Source: the human T2T-CHM13v2.0 reference genome, Homo sapiens. From it: DNA of 64,000 bases. Location: NCBI RefSeq assembly GCF_009914755.1, contig NC_060934.1; one strand, 5' to 3'. Shown here piece by piece: positions 42,259 to 53,992 of the stretch (position 1 is the first letter of the stretch; each line of letters starts with the position of its first letter). Made by a program: the position numbers and the translations under genes. Below the pieces are notes generated by a model. It was not told the origin of the DNA. It did no database searches and saw only the letters and a list, made by a program, of their open reading frames with translations.

Positions 42259-42759
42259 GAAACACACTAATTCTCTATGAAGTACTATAGGGTGGTGTTC
42301 AGCTCTTTCTAAGGTATGATCTCAAGTAGCCTTCCATTTTTACCTCCCACTGCCTCCTTATTCGTTGATAATTTATTGCCTGTGTAAACAGGATTCACTG
42401 AATATCTGCTATGTGCCCAGCGCTGTGGGGTAAATAATCCTCCACTCTTTCCCTCCCTTTTTGAATTCTGCCATTCTTGAAGGCCAAGAGACATTTGCAC
42501 CTCTTATGCCTTCTCAGACGCTCCCAGGCCACAGAGATCTCTCCTGACTCTTTGACATTCCCCTTGCAGCTCATTTGGCTTCATTCTCTCTTGTTCTCCA
42601 AGTAATTCTTTCAGGTTTCTGTATCCTGAATCACCCATGGGATTATTACCTCCTTGAAGGCTGGGATTGCTTCTTCGTGTCTCTGCCAGGCCCAGCATCT
42701 CAGAGTGGGTTCTCAGTGTGTGTTCCACTAAATGAGTGGTCGTCAGATTCCCACTGCTC

Positions 42760-43200
42760 CCTCTCCGCTAAACCCAGCTGTTCTTTCCTGATGTTCCTCC
42801 AAGCACACCCGTGCTCAGTGGCTTCCCTCACTGTCCCCACTGTCTAGAATACTCTGCTCTCGGTGGTCTGCGTGATTCTTTCCCTTGCTTCCTTCAGGTC
42901 TCTACTCAGTCCTCTCATCAGAGAGGACTTCCCTGACCATTTTGTATGAAATAACACCCTTCCAACACACACACTCTGTTTCATTCTTCCCTAATACTAG
43001 CCACCGAAGTTCCTATTTGTTTATGGGTATGTCTGCCTCATAGAATATAAGCTCCTATTTGTTTATGGGTATGTCTGCCTCACTAGAATATAAGCTCCTT
43101 AACTTACACAGTTGACCTCTTTTGTTCACTGCTTTATTGGAGTGTCCAAAACAGGTCTGGATCATGGGAGGTGCTCATATATTTGCCAAATTAATGAACG
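42760..43200 (+). mobile_element. L2 3' fragment
   Basis: 'ccttcaggtctctactc...cttccctgacca...ctagaatataagctcc...tttgttcactgct...tgctcatatatttg'. Confidence 0.75.
43011..43099. repeat. 42/43-bp tandem duplication (2 copies)
   Basis: tcctatttgtttatgggtatgtctgcctca(c)tagaatataagc twice. Confidence 0.95.
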
Positions 43201-43319
43201 AAAAGGCATGCTTTTCAGGGTAGCTTTACCCTTAGTGGGTCCCTCTCAAGGGACTTGTGCAGCGGAGTGGTGGTTGTCAGCATCAACTTCAGAGGCCCAG
43301 CTTCAGCTGGACTTGAACT

Positions 43320-43525
43320 AGCCAGGATAGACAGCATGAGCTGTGGAGTCTGCAACCTCACCCAGGGGCCAGGGCTGGTCTATCTATGTGTCTTTCAGCC
43401 AGGTGGACCTCTCCCAGCCTGTTTTTTTCACCTGTAAAATGAGAATCTTCACTGTCCAAAAGAAGACATAGCAGAGTTGCAAACACTGTGCCTGGCACAC
43501 AGTAAGTGCCCAGTCACCGTTAGTC
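43320..43525 (+). mobile_element. MIR fragment
   Basis: 'cacctgtaaaatgagaat...tgcctggcacacagtaagtgcccag'. Confidence 0.6.
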
Positions 43526-44979
43526 ATTCCTGAAGTGGATGGGATGGCTCTGGTAAGCTCTCAGCGTGCAGTGTACACAGGGGGTTAGTGATAGCTCTTT
43601 GAATATTCTAGTTCGTGACTTGGAGAATGTGGATGCCCATGGTTTTTGTTGTTCTGAAACTCCAGTGTGAATGGGATGGGAGATTTTAATGACTGGTCTA
43701 TAGGGTGTCAGTCAGGATTAGAGACATGAATGTGGCTATGCCCTTCACTCGGGCCTACCCTATAGCTGATTGTGCCCCAAATCCCAGTTGGAGTTGGAGA
43801 TGGTGGTTCTGGGTTTGCCATTAGTTGGTGCTGGCCTAATATGGAGATAATAGAAGAGAAAGAAAAAATGACAGTGTCAAAAGCTGCTTGGTTGAATTTT
43901 TGAGTGGTTTCATTTTGGGGATGTCCCTGTTAGGTTGTTTAACTACACAGTTTTCTTTTTTCAAGTGTTAAGTGTTCTTTTCTTGCCTTTGTTCAGACGT
44001 GAAGAAGGAGCTGGCACTTCCAGTGTTTGATGGTTTTCTGTCTTGTTCCCATGCTAGGTACACATGTGTCTCTTGCAACCTAACTTAACAGGGTTTATTG
44101 GAACCAGAAAACACACTCAGGGTCTTTGACCTAGCAGCTTCCCCACATGCACGTCAGAAATTTGGCATTAAGTAGCATCAGCACAAAAGCAGAAGAAACT
44201 CCACACCCGCACCCTGCCCATCTCAAATAATGTGTGTCTCTCTTCACACAGTGCATATTTTTCTCATTTTCTGAGTTTAGCATTTGATTAATTCTCATAA
44301 TAACCCTAAAAGGGATTGGAGTTCTTTTGCTTTTGCCTATCATGATGATGCCTAAAAGTAATTCTCCTTCAGTGATCCCAAATATTCTTCAAAGACGAAT
44401 TTGACCTTGAGAAGAGGAGTTGTTCTCATAGGCAATTTGACAGTAGATTTGAAAAATCACCTCTGTGCATCCTAACAGGTGCTCTCTTTGGGAAAAACCA
44501 AGGAAGGCTGAGAAATGATGAGTAGACTGTCTTCAATCATGTTTTCTCATAAGGCATATCTGATCTTGAATTGGTGGAGCCTGGGAAAGAAAATCAAGTT
44601 TGAAAAAAGAGAAGGCTAAAAGTGGTTCATTTCTCTGATCAAGTTGAGACGTAGTGATCAGACTTTTTTCTGCTGGCTATCACCAAACATTACATTTCTT
44701 TCCTACCAGAAATTTAAGGAAAAATGAAAGAAAACAATTACCTATCAATTTCTTGCAAGCATCTCACTTTATAATGACAACAACTTTACTCTTTTCTCAA
44801 AAATAGATGGCAAGCTAGGGCCACAACCTTCAGGAGAGGGAGCAAGCAATTGGGTGAAGAGGTGATATTACAGCAACCTCCATGTTCCTGGCTCAGTCTC
44901 TCTGGACTTGTTCTTTGTTGTGACTCTTCATAGTCCAGAGCGTTCGGTGATGGGAGTGCATTGAGTGATAGAAAGTTTG

Positions 44980-45185
44980 AGGCAGTATAATATTTGTAAC
45001 AGTTAAGAGGTCAGCCTCTGGACCTGGGCCCAAATCTAGGTTCTTCTTGTGCTAGCTGTTAGTTCTTCACATCTCAGTTGCTTCATTTATAAAATGGGGA
45101 TAATAATTCATCCCCCAGGAGTGTTAGAGACTGAAATGGGATAATTTGGGTCAAGATCTTGGAACAGCACCTGACCATGGACAAT
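44980..45185 (+). mobile_element. MIR fragment
   Basis: 'ctcagttgcttcatttataaaatggggataataat...gactgaaatgggataat'. Confidence 0.7.
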
Positions 45186-45261
45186 GCAGATGTTGTTGTG
45201 TTGGTTGTTGCAGATCCCAGTGGTTTCTCTAATTCCAAGTCTTTGGATCTGAGAGAACAGG

Positions 45262-45622
45262 TGTATTTGTCCATTTTCACACTATGAATAAAGACACATC
45301 CAAGACTGGGTAATTTATAAAGAAAAAGAGGTTTAATGGACTGACAGTTCCATGTGACTGGGAGGCCTCACAATCATGGTGGAAAGCAAAAGGCACATCT
45401 TACATGGCGGCAGGCAAGAGAGAATGAAAGACGAACAAAAGGAGAAACCCCTTATAAAACCATCAGATCTCATGAGACTTACTACCATGAGAACAGTATG
45501 GGGGAAACTGCCCCCATGATTCGTTTATCTCCCACCAGGTCCCTCCCACAACACATGGGAATTATGGGAGCTACATTTCAAGATGAGATTTGGATGGGGA
45601 CCATATCACCCAAACCATATCA
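45262..45622 (-). mobile_element. THE1B/C solo LTR
   Basis: tgtatt...aaaccatatca termini; TSD acagg/gcagg. Confidence 0.93.
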
Positions 45623-46022
45623 GCAGGATTCTTAAAAGCAGGGCTTGGGAGACTTTTAAGGCGTAGAATTCAGAGATGTGCACATTGTTTAGCTTCTACC
45701 TTTCTTATTTCTGTGCCAAAACGGAAGGCTGGATTGTAATTTTGAGGACCACATGTGGAGAACCCTGGAAACATGAACTCGTGTTGTTTTTAAACCCACT
45801 AGAGAGCATTGCTGTATCTGAATTCAATTTTAGTGCTGGACATATGCAGTCAAAACCCCCTGCCCTCATTCTGGACCTTTCTTCCAGTGAAAAGAGTCAG
45901 GGTTTCTGTCTTTTCTGTGTAGGTGGAGATAAAATTTCACAGCCTGGTTTCCAAACCTCAGTCATTTTCAAACCATGTTCATGTGTCCTGCCATGTCAGA
46001 GCAATGCCTGCACTATAATTTA

Positions 46023-46243
46023 CAGTTGACTTCTGAACAACGTGGGTTTCAACTGCACAGGTCCACTTATGCATGGATTTTTTTTCAAATACAATAATCA
46101 GGCAAGGCAAAATCCATATATACTGAAGGCCAACTTTTGCATATGCGGGCTCCACAGGGCTGACTGCAGGACTTGAGTACGCACAGATTTGGGTATTCAT
46201 GTGGGACCTGGAACCAATACCCCACGTATACCAAGGGCAACTG
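46023..46243. mobile_element. MER8-like (Tigger2-derived) MITE
   Basis: TA-cagttgac...gggcaactg-TA; TA TSD on both sides. Confidence 0.85.
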
Positions 46244-49200
46244 TACTTATTGTTATTCTTTCCATGTACCTAAATACACTGACTTCTGTTACTTTGCTTC
46301 ATTCTAAGTAATCCTACCTCTGAAATTACATTTGGATGTGCTAATAATATTTTGAATAATACACAAGAAAGTAACTACATAGTGATTAAAATAAATTACA
46401 CATCTATCTCACCTAAAATGAACTTGCCTGCCACCTTTAGGATACAAAGCACCCTTTGGGGGATCACAGCCCTATGTCTGGTGGGAGATTGAATTTCTTT
46501 AGAAGGATTGATCTATTTGAGGCAGAACCATGACCAAACACCCTTACAAAACCACAGCCCTGAGCTTTTTACTTCTCCTATACTGTCAACCCAGCCTAGG
46601 ACTCCAGAAGGACAGACTCGGAGGGGCCATTTTCCATCAGTGATAAGAGACTGTGTCTCAGACAGCTGTCACTGAACAATTAATCTCCAAAATGAGAGCT
46701 CCATTACCAAACATGTGTTCTCACGAGCAAGGCCCTATTCTCATCATTCAGAGATGCTATTAGACACAAATAATATATATTTTTTCCATTCATAATTATC
46801 TCATCTTAATGCAGTCTTGATGATTATGATGTATGCTGGAACTATTGACTCCTCACTGTTGGAATTGTTAACATCTTGTGAAAATATGCACAAAATCATT
46901 CTTTCCAAGCTGACTTTTGCTGTTAAAATTAGAAAGACTAATATGAGTTTGAACAGCATGAATAGGAAAAGTAGATGATCAATTCTTGTGCTTGGAAATG
47001 CAATTGCCTCCCTGGAACCAGGGTTTCTTGCTTTCGCATCTTCTATCTTCCGGTGCTTATTATAATAAAGACAATAAAGTAGAATGGAAAGGGGGTGAGG
47101 CTGAGAGAAAATAATGGAATCTTTTGGTATATAATGATTTTTATTTTAATATTTTTCTGTTTGTATTAGCAAATAGATTTAGTTATTAGAGAGTTGACAA
47201 AAATTAAATGCATTCAGTTTTTCAAGGGGTTTTGTAGTGAATTTTTGATTCTAATATCTCTTGATTTTGTGCTCATTCTGAGGATAGAAAAAGCATTGAA
47301 AATTAAAAGGAAAATCCGGACAGTATACATATTTTTTTAAAAATTGTCACTAAAGTTAATCACATGTCAGTTGAAATGATGAAGACCAAACCCTTTTGTT
47401 CAGATCTGAAACATGGCAATTGTGCCTTTCCAGAGGCCAACGAATCCTTTGATTTTTAATAACAATTAGGTTGTCTGTTTTATCAATCATAACTGGATGA
47501 AAAATACTTTCTTGCCCCATTAGGAAAATAACCAATTTCTGTTCTTTCCCTCAACTCTTTGAGATTCTCACTGGTTTCCTGCTCAGAATTAGTTTTCTTT
47601 CTGCCACTGTTCCATGGGCATTTTGTTCCCATGGAACCATTAGGAGAATGGGTCGGTTATTCACAGAAGCTGCAGATACCTGTGTTTCTGGCTCTTCACT
47701 TAGGCAACATTTTGTGATCCACAAGTCCCAGAACTGGGGTTCAAAAGCCACTCCCCAGCCTCTCCCCTGCCACCATAGTGACTCAGGTCATTTCTCCATG
47801 ACCCACAGCACTTCTCCATGACCCTAAGAAGACCTTCCCTTATAAGGATGTCATCAGTCCTACTGGGGTCCCATGGTTTGTAGCAGAGCACCTCGTTGTG
47901 AGGGCCTATTGGATCTAGCATCTGGAGATTGAAAGTCTGCCTTGGCAAACCCCCACAACTTGTTTTGAAATGTCTACATGTTCCTTGTTTTTAATTGTAA
48001 GCAAAGATTTGATACAGATCAGCAAAGAGCTGTCTGTCCTCCTTCCTCAAAGGGGTATTTTAAAACTTAAGTATTTTACTCATACCCAACATTAATGAAA
48101 ACTGGAAGGTTATGGGAAGGGAAGACATTCCCATATGCACATTTTATAAAAAGTTAATGTCATCCCAAATCAGACCACACAGACAGAAAAATGCCTCCTG
48201 TACTAAATGAGGGGTGGAGGAGACACTTCTAATTAAAGTTTCAGTACTCCATCCAGATCTGTGTTAAGGATTTGATTACTTTTTTTAACACTTGGTTTCA
48301 CAATGGGTGTTTTGTAAAGATAACATAATACCAGCATCTCCTTCAATATTTATTTCCACAAGGTCTAGGTTCAAGGGCCTGGAGCTCTTTATGAGAAAGG
48401 AGCTACCAAAATCCCAGCTACAATCATTCTCTAAGGATGACTTTTTAAATTGTACGTAAGAGGATATGATCTAAATTGCACATACTGTCTTAAGGAAACA
48501 TGTTTTCCAGCTTAGGATACCTGATTACAAACATCTGTAAAACTGCACAATTTTTTTAAAAAAGAAAACATACTTTTAAGGTTAAAACAACCTGATTATA
48601 AACACCTGTTTCTGTGTTTCATCAGAAATCTCCAGGAGTTCAGGATTTTAGGGAGTTAGAGAAGTGAAGCTTTGGAACATTCTTGAGCAAGGCTTGCTCT
48701 GAGGTTGGAGCGTAAGCCTTCTTTGCTTAAGTACTTCCCTTGCTGGGGTATTGATCAGAAACTGCAAACATGGTTTTATTTGATGTCCTGACTGTTCCAA
48801 TGAATTACCTGTATTTCAAATAGATAAGCTAGAAGATGAGTTTCTAAATATGCAGAACAACAAAGCAGGAAGTCCATATGGCGGAGAATAAATACACACA
48901 CACTTCTGAAAACTTAAAAGGCTGTCATCCGCTAAGCCTGCCTGTAATAGCCACTCTCAAAGATAATTGCCACCCCTGTGTCCTTGATGAAAAGTGCATC
49001 ATGCTGCCCAAGAAATTGGCTTAAACTGCAACAAGAAAGATTGAGATTAGCTGAAGCAGAACTTCCTGCCTGAGCAACTCTTGGTGGTGAGGGTGAGGGG
49101 CTGGGGGTGCACTCTGAACTGGGCCTCTGTGTCTTCAGATTTTCATCCCTTCTTCTTCTCTTTGGGCCTTGAACTTCTCCCTGAGCTATAGAGTAGATGG

Positions 49201-49865
49201 GTGGTTACTGTCTCCAGCATAATTGGACATGTGGGAAAATGAATTTGAAGGAGCTTGGCTTGCTTCCTCACTTCCTATTTGTGCAACTGCGATGGATTCT
49301 GAAGGAGTGACTGAGACCTTCTCCATGATGCTGGGCACTGGTCTGGGTACTGTGTGTCTGCCCTCAACATCTGGCCAAGGGGCCAAGCCATGGGCAGCAA
49401 CAGCAACCTCACCCCCAAGGCAGAGCTGCAGGAAAGCATAGAGAAGGGGAAGGGCAGGTGGTGGGAAACAGCCAGGAAGAGATTTCACCCGCAGAGTAGG
49501 ACATCTTCAAAGACAGTTAGGCAGAGGACCAAGGAGTACCTGGAGCAAAGGGATGGGTGAGTGAATAACCAGACTGCAGTTTAGAAGTTCCCAGTCCATG
49601 TTTGCAGGATGGAGGTCAGGAGACAGGAAGAGTCAATGAGGGAAGCCGCCCACGTAGGAAGACTTACATCCTGAGCATGGCGGGGCATGCAGCCATATGT
49701 GGGCCTAGGGAGACTGGGTTTACTAGGGAAACCAGCAATTTGCATTCTCAGGTCAAAACTTTGGACTCTTCAGTGTTTTCTCAAATCTCTTGAAACTCTG
49801 TAGTCAAGAACATCTCGGCCACCCGTGGCCAGTTCTCTACACAGCTAATGTGCTATGAAACCTAT

Positions 49866-50199
49866 TTCATTTCATTTCTTTTCTTTTTTAGAGAGGCAGG
49901 GTCTTGCTCTGTTGCCCAGGTTGGAGTGCAGTGGCATGATCATAGCTCACTGCAGCCTTGAACTACTGGACTCAAGCAATCCTCTCACCTCAGCCTCCTG
50001 AGTAGCTGAGACTACAGGCACACACCAACACATCTGGCTAATTTTAAAAATTTTTTGTAGAAATTGGGTCTCACTATATTGCCCAGGCTGGTCTTGAACT
50101 CCTGGTCTCAAGCGATACTCTCGCCTTGGCCCCCAGCGATACTCTCACCTTGGCCTCCCAAAGCACTGGAATTCCAGGTATGAGCCACTGCACCCAGCC
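49866..50199 (-). mobile_element. AluJ-type element with an internal 24-bp duplication
   Basis: Antisense dimer with 'gatcatagctcactgcagccttgaac'. Confidence 0.93.
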
Positions 50200-51110
50200 C
50201 CTGTAAACCTGTTCTGGGATCCCTTAAATATGGGGCAAGTGCTGCTGACTTTGGTTGATGCTTCAGAGTCCAGGTCTATGAAGTGGCTTCAGACCCTAGA
50301 GCACTTTCTTCTGACCCTGGAGCACTATGATTGTCTCTGGCAGCTCACAGAGGGCTGAGAGGAGTGTCTGGGGGAGGGAGAGAAGTCCAGCACCCAAATT
50401 TGGAGGTCTAGAGCAGTTACAGAGGCCTGGCCTTCTCACCTGAGCCACCTGGGTTTCTCATGCTGAGTGTTCCTTGGTGCCAGCCCAGGTCTTCCAGGGT
50501 GAGGGTAGCCAGGGCAGCCACAGGATTTACCCCTCCCCAGCCCAGGCAGGGAATGCAGATGGAGTCTGGGCAGTCTCTGGCCAGCAGGTGTCAGGATTCA
50601 TGGTGCCATACCTCCCTCTGTCTCTGTGTGGGGCTGGGTGCTGTTTGGGCATCCCTGGCAAATGCCCTTGAGCTGCTTAATTTGCACGCCTGCTTCAGAG
50701 ACCACAATATTAGAATTATCAGCACTCCTTTCTATGGATTCTGGGTTATTTTGGCTATTTGGGGTAATAATTCTCATTATGCTTTGTGGTCTTTTTTAAT
50801 AAAAATGACATTCCCCTTATCTTTAAAGGTTGAAATCTCAGCCTAATGTATGAGCTGCACTATCCTTGGAGAGTTATAAAAATTACATTATATAACCTCA
50901 CATTTCCCGTTAATGAACATGGTGATGCTTCGGCCCAATGAGAGGGAGACAAGCGATAGGGATTTATGCTTTAATAATCCTGCTTAGATTGGTGTGTGTG
51001 GCCATGGGCAGCGGGCCCCCAACGGGTACAGCAGGCACTGCGGCTTTCCTGGCCAGCAGGGCAATATTTTTTATGGCAGTAAATCTCTCTTGGGTGAGCA
51101 TGTCTTACAC

Positions 51111-51234
51111 TGCACCAGAGAATGGCTGTGGCAGTGGCTTAGTGTATGAAATTGCTCTGAATGTAGGACTATTTGTATCACCTAAGAGAATACCACCTGG
51201 TACTGATATTCTTTGGGTCCTGATGTATAGATGC
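51111..51234 (+). repeat. Donor A of a local duplication (copy at 52140-52263, same strand)
   Basis: Manual alignment: 124 bp, 15 mismatches, no gaps (~88%). Confidence 0.95.
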
Positions 51235-51461
51235 TGCTCTGGACACCTACTGATGCCAGGCATGATGCTGGTTGCCACGCATGCATTATTTTTCCATTTA
51301 TTCCTCATGGTCTGCCGGTGAGGTGGGCACTGTCAGTGTCCCCATTTTACACTATGACCTTCCTGAGGGTAGGGGCCATGTCTCCATTTCAATATCCCCA
51401 GTGCCTGGGGCAGTTCACAGTAAGGGGGTCATTGTTGTTGCTTCGTAATCAGTAAGTGACC

Positions 51462-51829
51462 TGTATTGGTTAATTTCATGTGTCAGCTTGTCTGGGCCAC
51501 AGTGCCCAGATGTTTGGTCAAACACTAATCTAGATGTCTCTGTGAAGGTGTTGTTTGGATGATACTAATTTAATTGGTGGCCTTTGAGTAAAGCAGATTA
51601 CTCTCCATAATGTGGGTGGGCCTCGTCTAATCAGTTGAAGTACTTAATAGAATAAGACTGACTTCTTCAAGCCAAAATTAATGTATAAGCAGATGGCCTT
51701 TGGACTGAAATTGAAACTCTTCCCTAGGACTCTGGCCTGCTGGCCTACTCTGCAGATTTTAAACTTGCAAAGCCTCCAAAATCACATGTGCTCTGTGTGT
51801 GTGTGCGTGTGTGTGCGCGCATGTGTGTA
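51462..51829 (+). mobile_element. MLT2 (ERVL, MLT2D-like) LTR, 3'-truncated at a (TG)n tract
   Basis: 'ggttaatttcatgtgtcagcttg...tttgagtaaagcagattactctccataatgtgggtgggcctc'. Confidence 0.85.
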
Positions 51830-52737
51830 AACAACACAAATGTCCATCAACTGATGAAGGGATAAGTAAAACGTGGTATATCCACATGTGGTACATCCAA
51901 CTATTCTTTAGCAATAAAGATGGTCGCAGTACTGATCCATGCTATAATATGGATGCATCTTTGAAAACATGCTAAGTGAAAGAAGCAAAACAGAAAGGAC
52001 ACATATTATATTACTCATTTATGTGAAGTGTCCAGAAGAGGAAAATCTGTAGAGACAGAACGTAGATTAGTGACTACCAAGGCCTGAAAGAAAATTGGAA
52101 GGAGGTGTTTGAACAAAAAGAGTAGTTTTATTTTGGGGGTGCACCAGGGGATGGCTGTGGCAGTGGCTTAGCACATGAAATTGCTCTGAATGTAAGACTA
52201 TTTGTATCATCTAGACAAACACCACCTGGTACTGATATTCTCTGGGTCTTGATGTGTAGATGCAAGCACCAGGTGGGATTTGTCAGGTGTTCTGGGAAGC
52301 CCTGATGAGTAGGGGGCAGGCCAGGCCAGGCTCCTCATTTGTCCCCAGACAATGGCAGCTGGGGATGGGGCATGGAGGGGGCTTAGCCAACCTTCATGGG
52401 TACCAGCTTCAGCTTCCCAGTTCTTCCGATCCCCCTGTGGACAGCAGGCCCACAGGACTTCACACCTCTCCTTTATAACTCTGCCCACTCCCAGACACCA
52501 AGAAACCCACATCAACAAAATTAACCCAATATTCACCCATCCAGTGTAGTCAGACAGACTGGATTAGAATCTTGGCCCAACCAAAGATTGGCTCTAAAAT
52601 TAGTTATGGTGATGGTTGCACAACGGTGAATCTACTAAAAACTATTGAATCATAAACTTTAAATGGATGAATGGCATAATATATCTCTTAGTACATACTA
52701 TATGTAAATTATGCCCCAATAAACCTGTTAAAAAAAG
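51830..52737 (+). mobile_element. L1MB-type 3' fragment split by a non-L1 insertion at 52140-52589
   Basis: 'aaatgtccatcaactgatgaa...ttttgggggt | ctctaaaattagttatggtgatggttgcacaac...aataaacctgttaaaaaaa'. Confidence 0.88.
52140..52589. other. Composite templated insertion (direct copy of 51111-51234 plus inverted copy of 53661-53992)
   Basis: Both halves align to flanking DNA at ~87-88%; joined at a shared atgc; no TSD or poly-A. Confidence 0.9.
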
Positions 52738-52774
52738 TTTCTCAGGTGATTCTCTTGTGGCCTGGATTAGATAA

Positions 52775-52945
52775 ACACTTGCTACTCAAAGGGTGGTCCA
52801 CAGAGCTGCAGTACTGGCCTCACAGGGGAGTCTGTTAGAAATGCAGGTTCTCTGGCACTGCCCCAGACCTACTGGATCAGCCGCTGCATTTTAACAAGAG
52901 CTCCAGGTGCTTCCTGAGCACATTCACGTTTGAGAACCAGCTTCT
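52775..52945. mobile_element. MER5-family MITE
   Basis: 'gctactcaaagggtggtcc...tgttagaaatgcag...ccccagacctactggatcag...tttaacaag...tttgagaac'. Confidence 0.8.
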
Positions 52946-53264
52946 CTAACAGACCCCCACCAGGCCTCTGGAATTTTCTGTTGCCTCTGTCTGCCCTAAG
53001 AGCCTCATCCTCAGCAGCTGAATCTTCTGGATGTTTTGGGAAGCTTCCTCCCTCTTGGATGCTTCTCCAAGAGGAAGGAAGTCCGGCTTGGACCTGCTTC
53101 CGTGACTATAATGTGCAGGAAACTTTATATTATACTTGGGCAACTTTAATTTGTAGAGATGATGCTTCTGCGAGTTTTCAACTCTTGGGGGATGACCAGT
53201 GAGAGGGCAGGGGAGAGACAGAGATGGCCTCATAGAAAGGCTCCATCTGCTCTTTGTGCTCCAG

Positions 53265-53350
53265 GAATTAGGGGAGCCCCTTACCTGGTCACCATTCTGG
53301 GGTTTTCTGAATTAGGGGAGCCCCTTGCCTGGTCACCATTCTGGGGTTTT
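53265..53350. repeat. 44-bp tandem duplication (2 copies)
   Basis: gaattaggggagcccctt(a/g)cctggtcaccattctggggtttt twice, one mismatch. Confidence 0.95.
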
Positions 53351-53489
53351 ATGACGGTAAGGTGCTCTTGTCTGCTTTGTAAATCATTAATTCATTCTGT
53401 TGAGTTCTTCAGGAGTAGGAACCACCTCTGATGCACCCCATGCCCCGACTCCTGGCCCTCTGCAGATGTTCATGACTGTTTGAATGATG

Positions 53490-53706
53490 ACAGTGACAAA
53501 GATACTTACTACGGGTGGGTTTACTCCGTGCCGGACCCTGTGCTGAGTATGTCACCTCCTCACCACAGCCCCAGAAGGTGGAGGGACTGCCATCTTCCAA
53601 GTCCTTTGGTGGATAAGGGAAACGGAACCTGAGAAGTAACCTGCCCAGCGTCACTCAGTTAATATCTGGCTGGGTCAAGATTCTAATCCAGTCTGTCTGA
53701 CTCCAG
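53490..53706 (-). mobile_element. MIR fragment; its end forms part of donor B
   Basis: 'ggataagggaaacggaacctgagaagtaacctgcccagcgtcactcag...aatccagtctgtctgactcca'. Confidence 0.7.
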
Positions 53707-53992
53707 GATGGGTGAATATTGCGTTAATTTTGTTGATGTGGATTTCTTGGTGTCTAGGAATAAGCAGAGTTATAAAGGAGAGAAGTGAAGCCCTAGAGGG
53801 CTTGCTGTCCACAGGAGGATTTGGGAGAACTGGGAAGTTGAGGCTGGTACCCGTGAAGGTTGGCTAAGCCCACCCTCTATCCCCCATCCCGAGCTGCCAT
53901 TGTCTGGGGACAAACGAGAAGCCTGGCCTGTCCTTCCCCCTGCTCCTCAGGGCTTCCCAGAACTCCTGACAGACCCCACCTGCTGTTTGCAT
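53661..53992 (-). repeat. Donor B of a local duplication (inverted copy at 52260-52589)
   Basis: Manual reverse-complement alignment: ~330 bp, roughly 40 differences (~87%). Confidence 0.95.

Noticed and set aside
43997-44057. Possible plus-strand 61-nt exon after a pyrimidine tract
   Set aside because: Weak donor (gtacac) and no partner exons or coding signal.
49186-51321. Unique-sequence ORFs of 100-128 aa (49186-49488, 50460-50846, 50938-51321)
   Set aside because: No recognisable domain, promoter context or splice structure; lengths are within random expectation.
43011-53350. Short direct repeats as a CRISPR-like array
   Set aside because: Eukaryotic DNA; these are unrelated two-copy tandem duplications without spacers.
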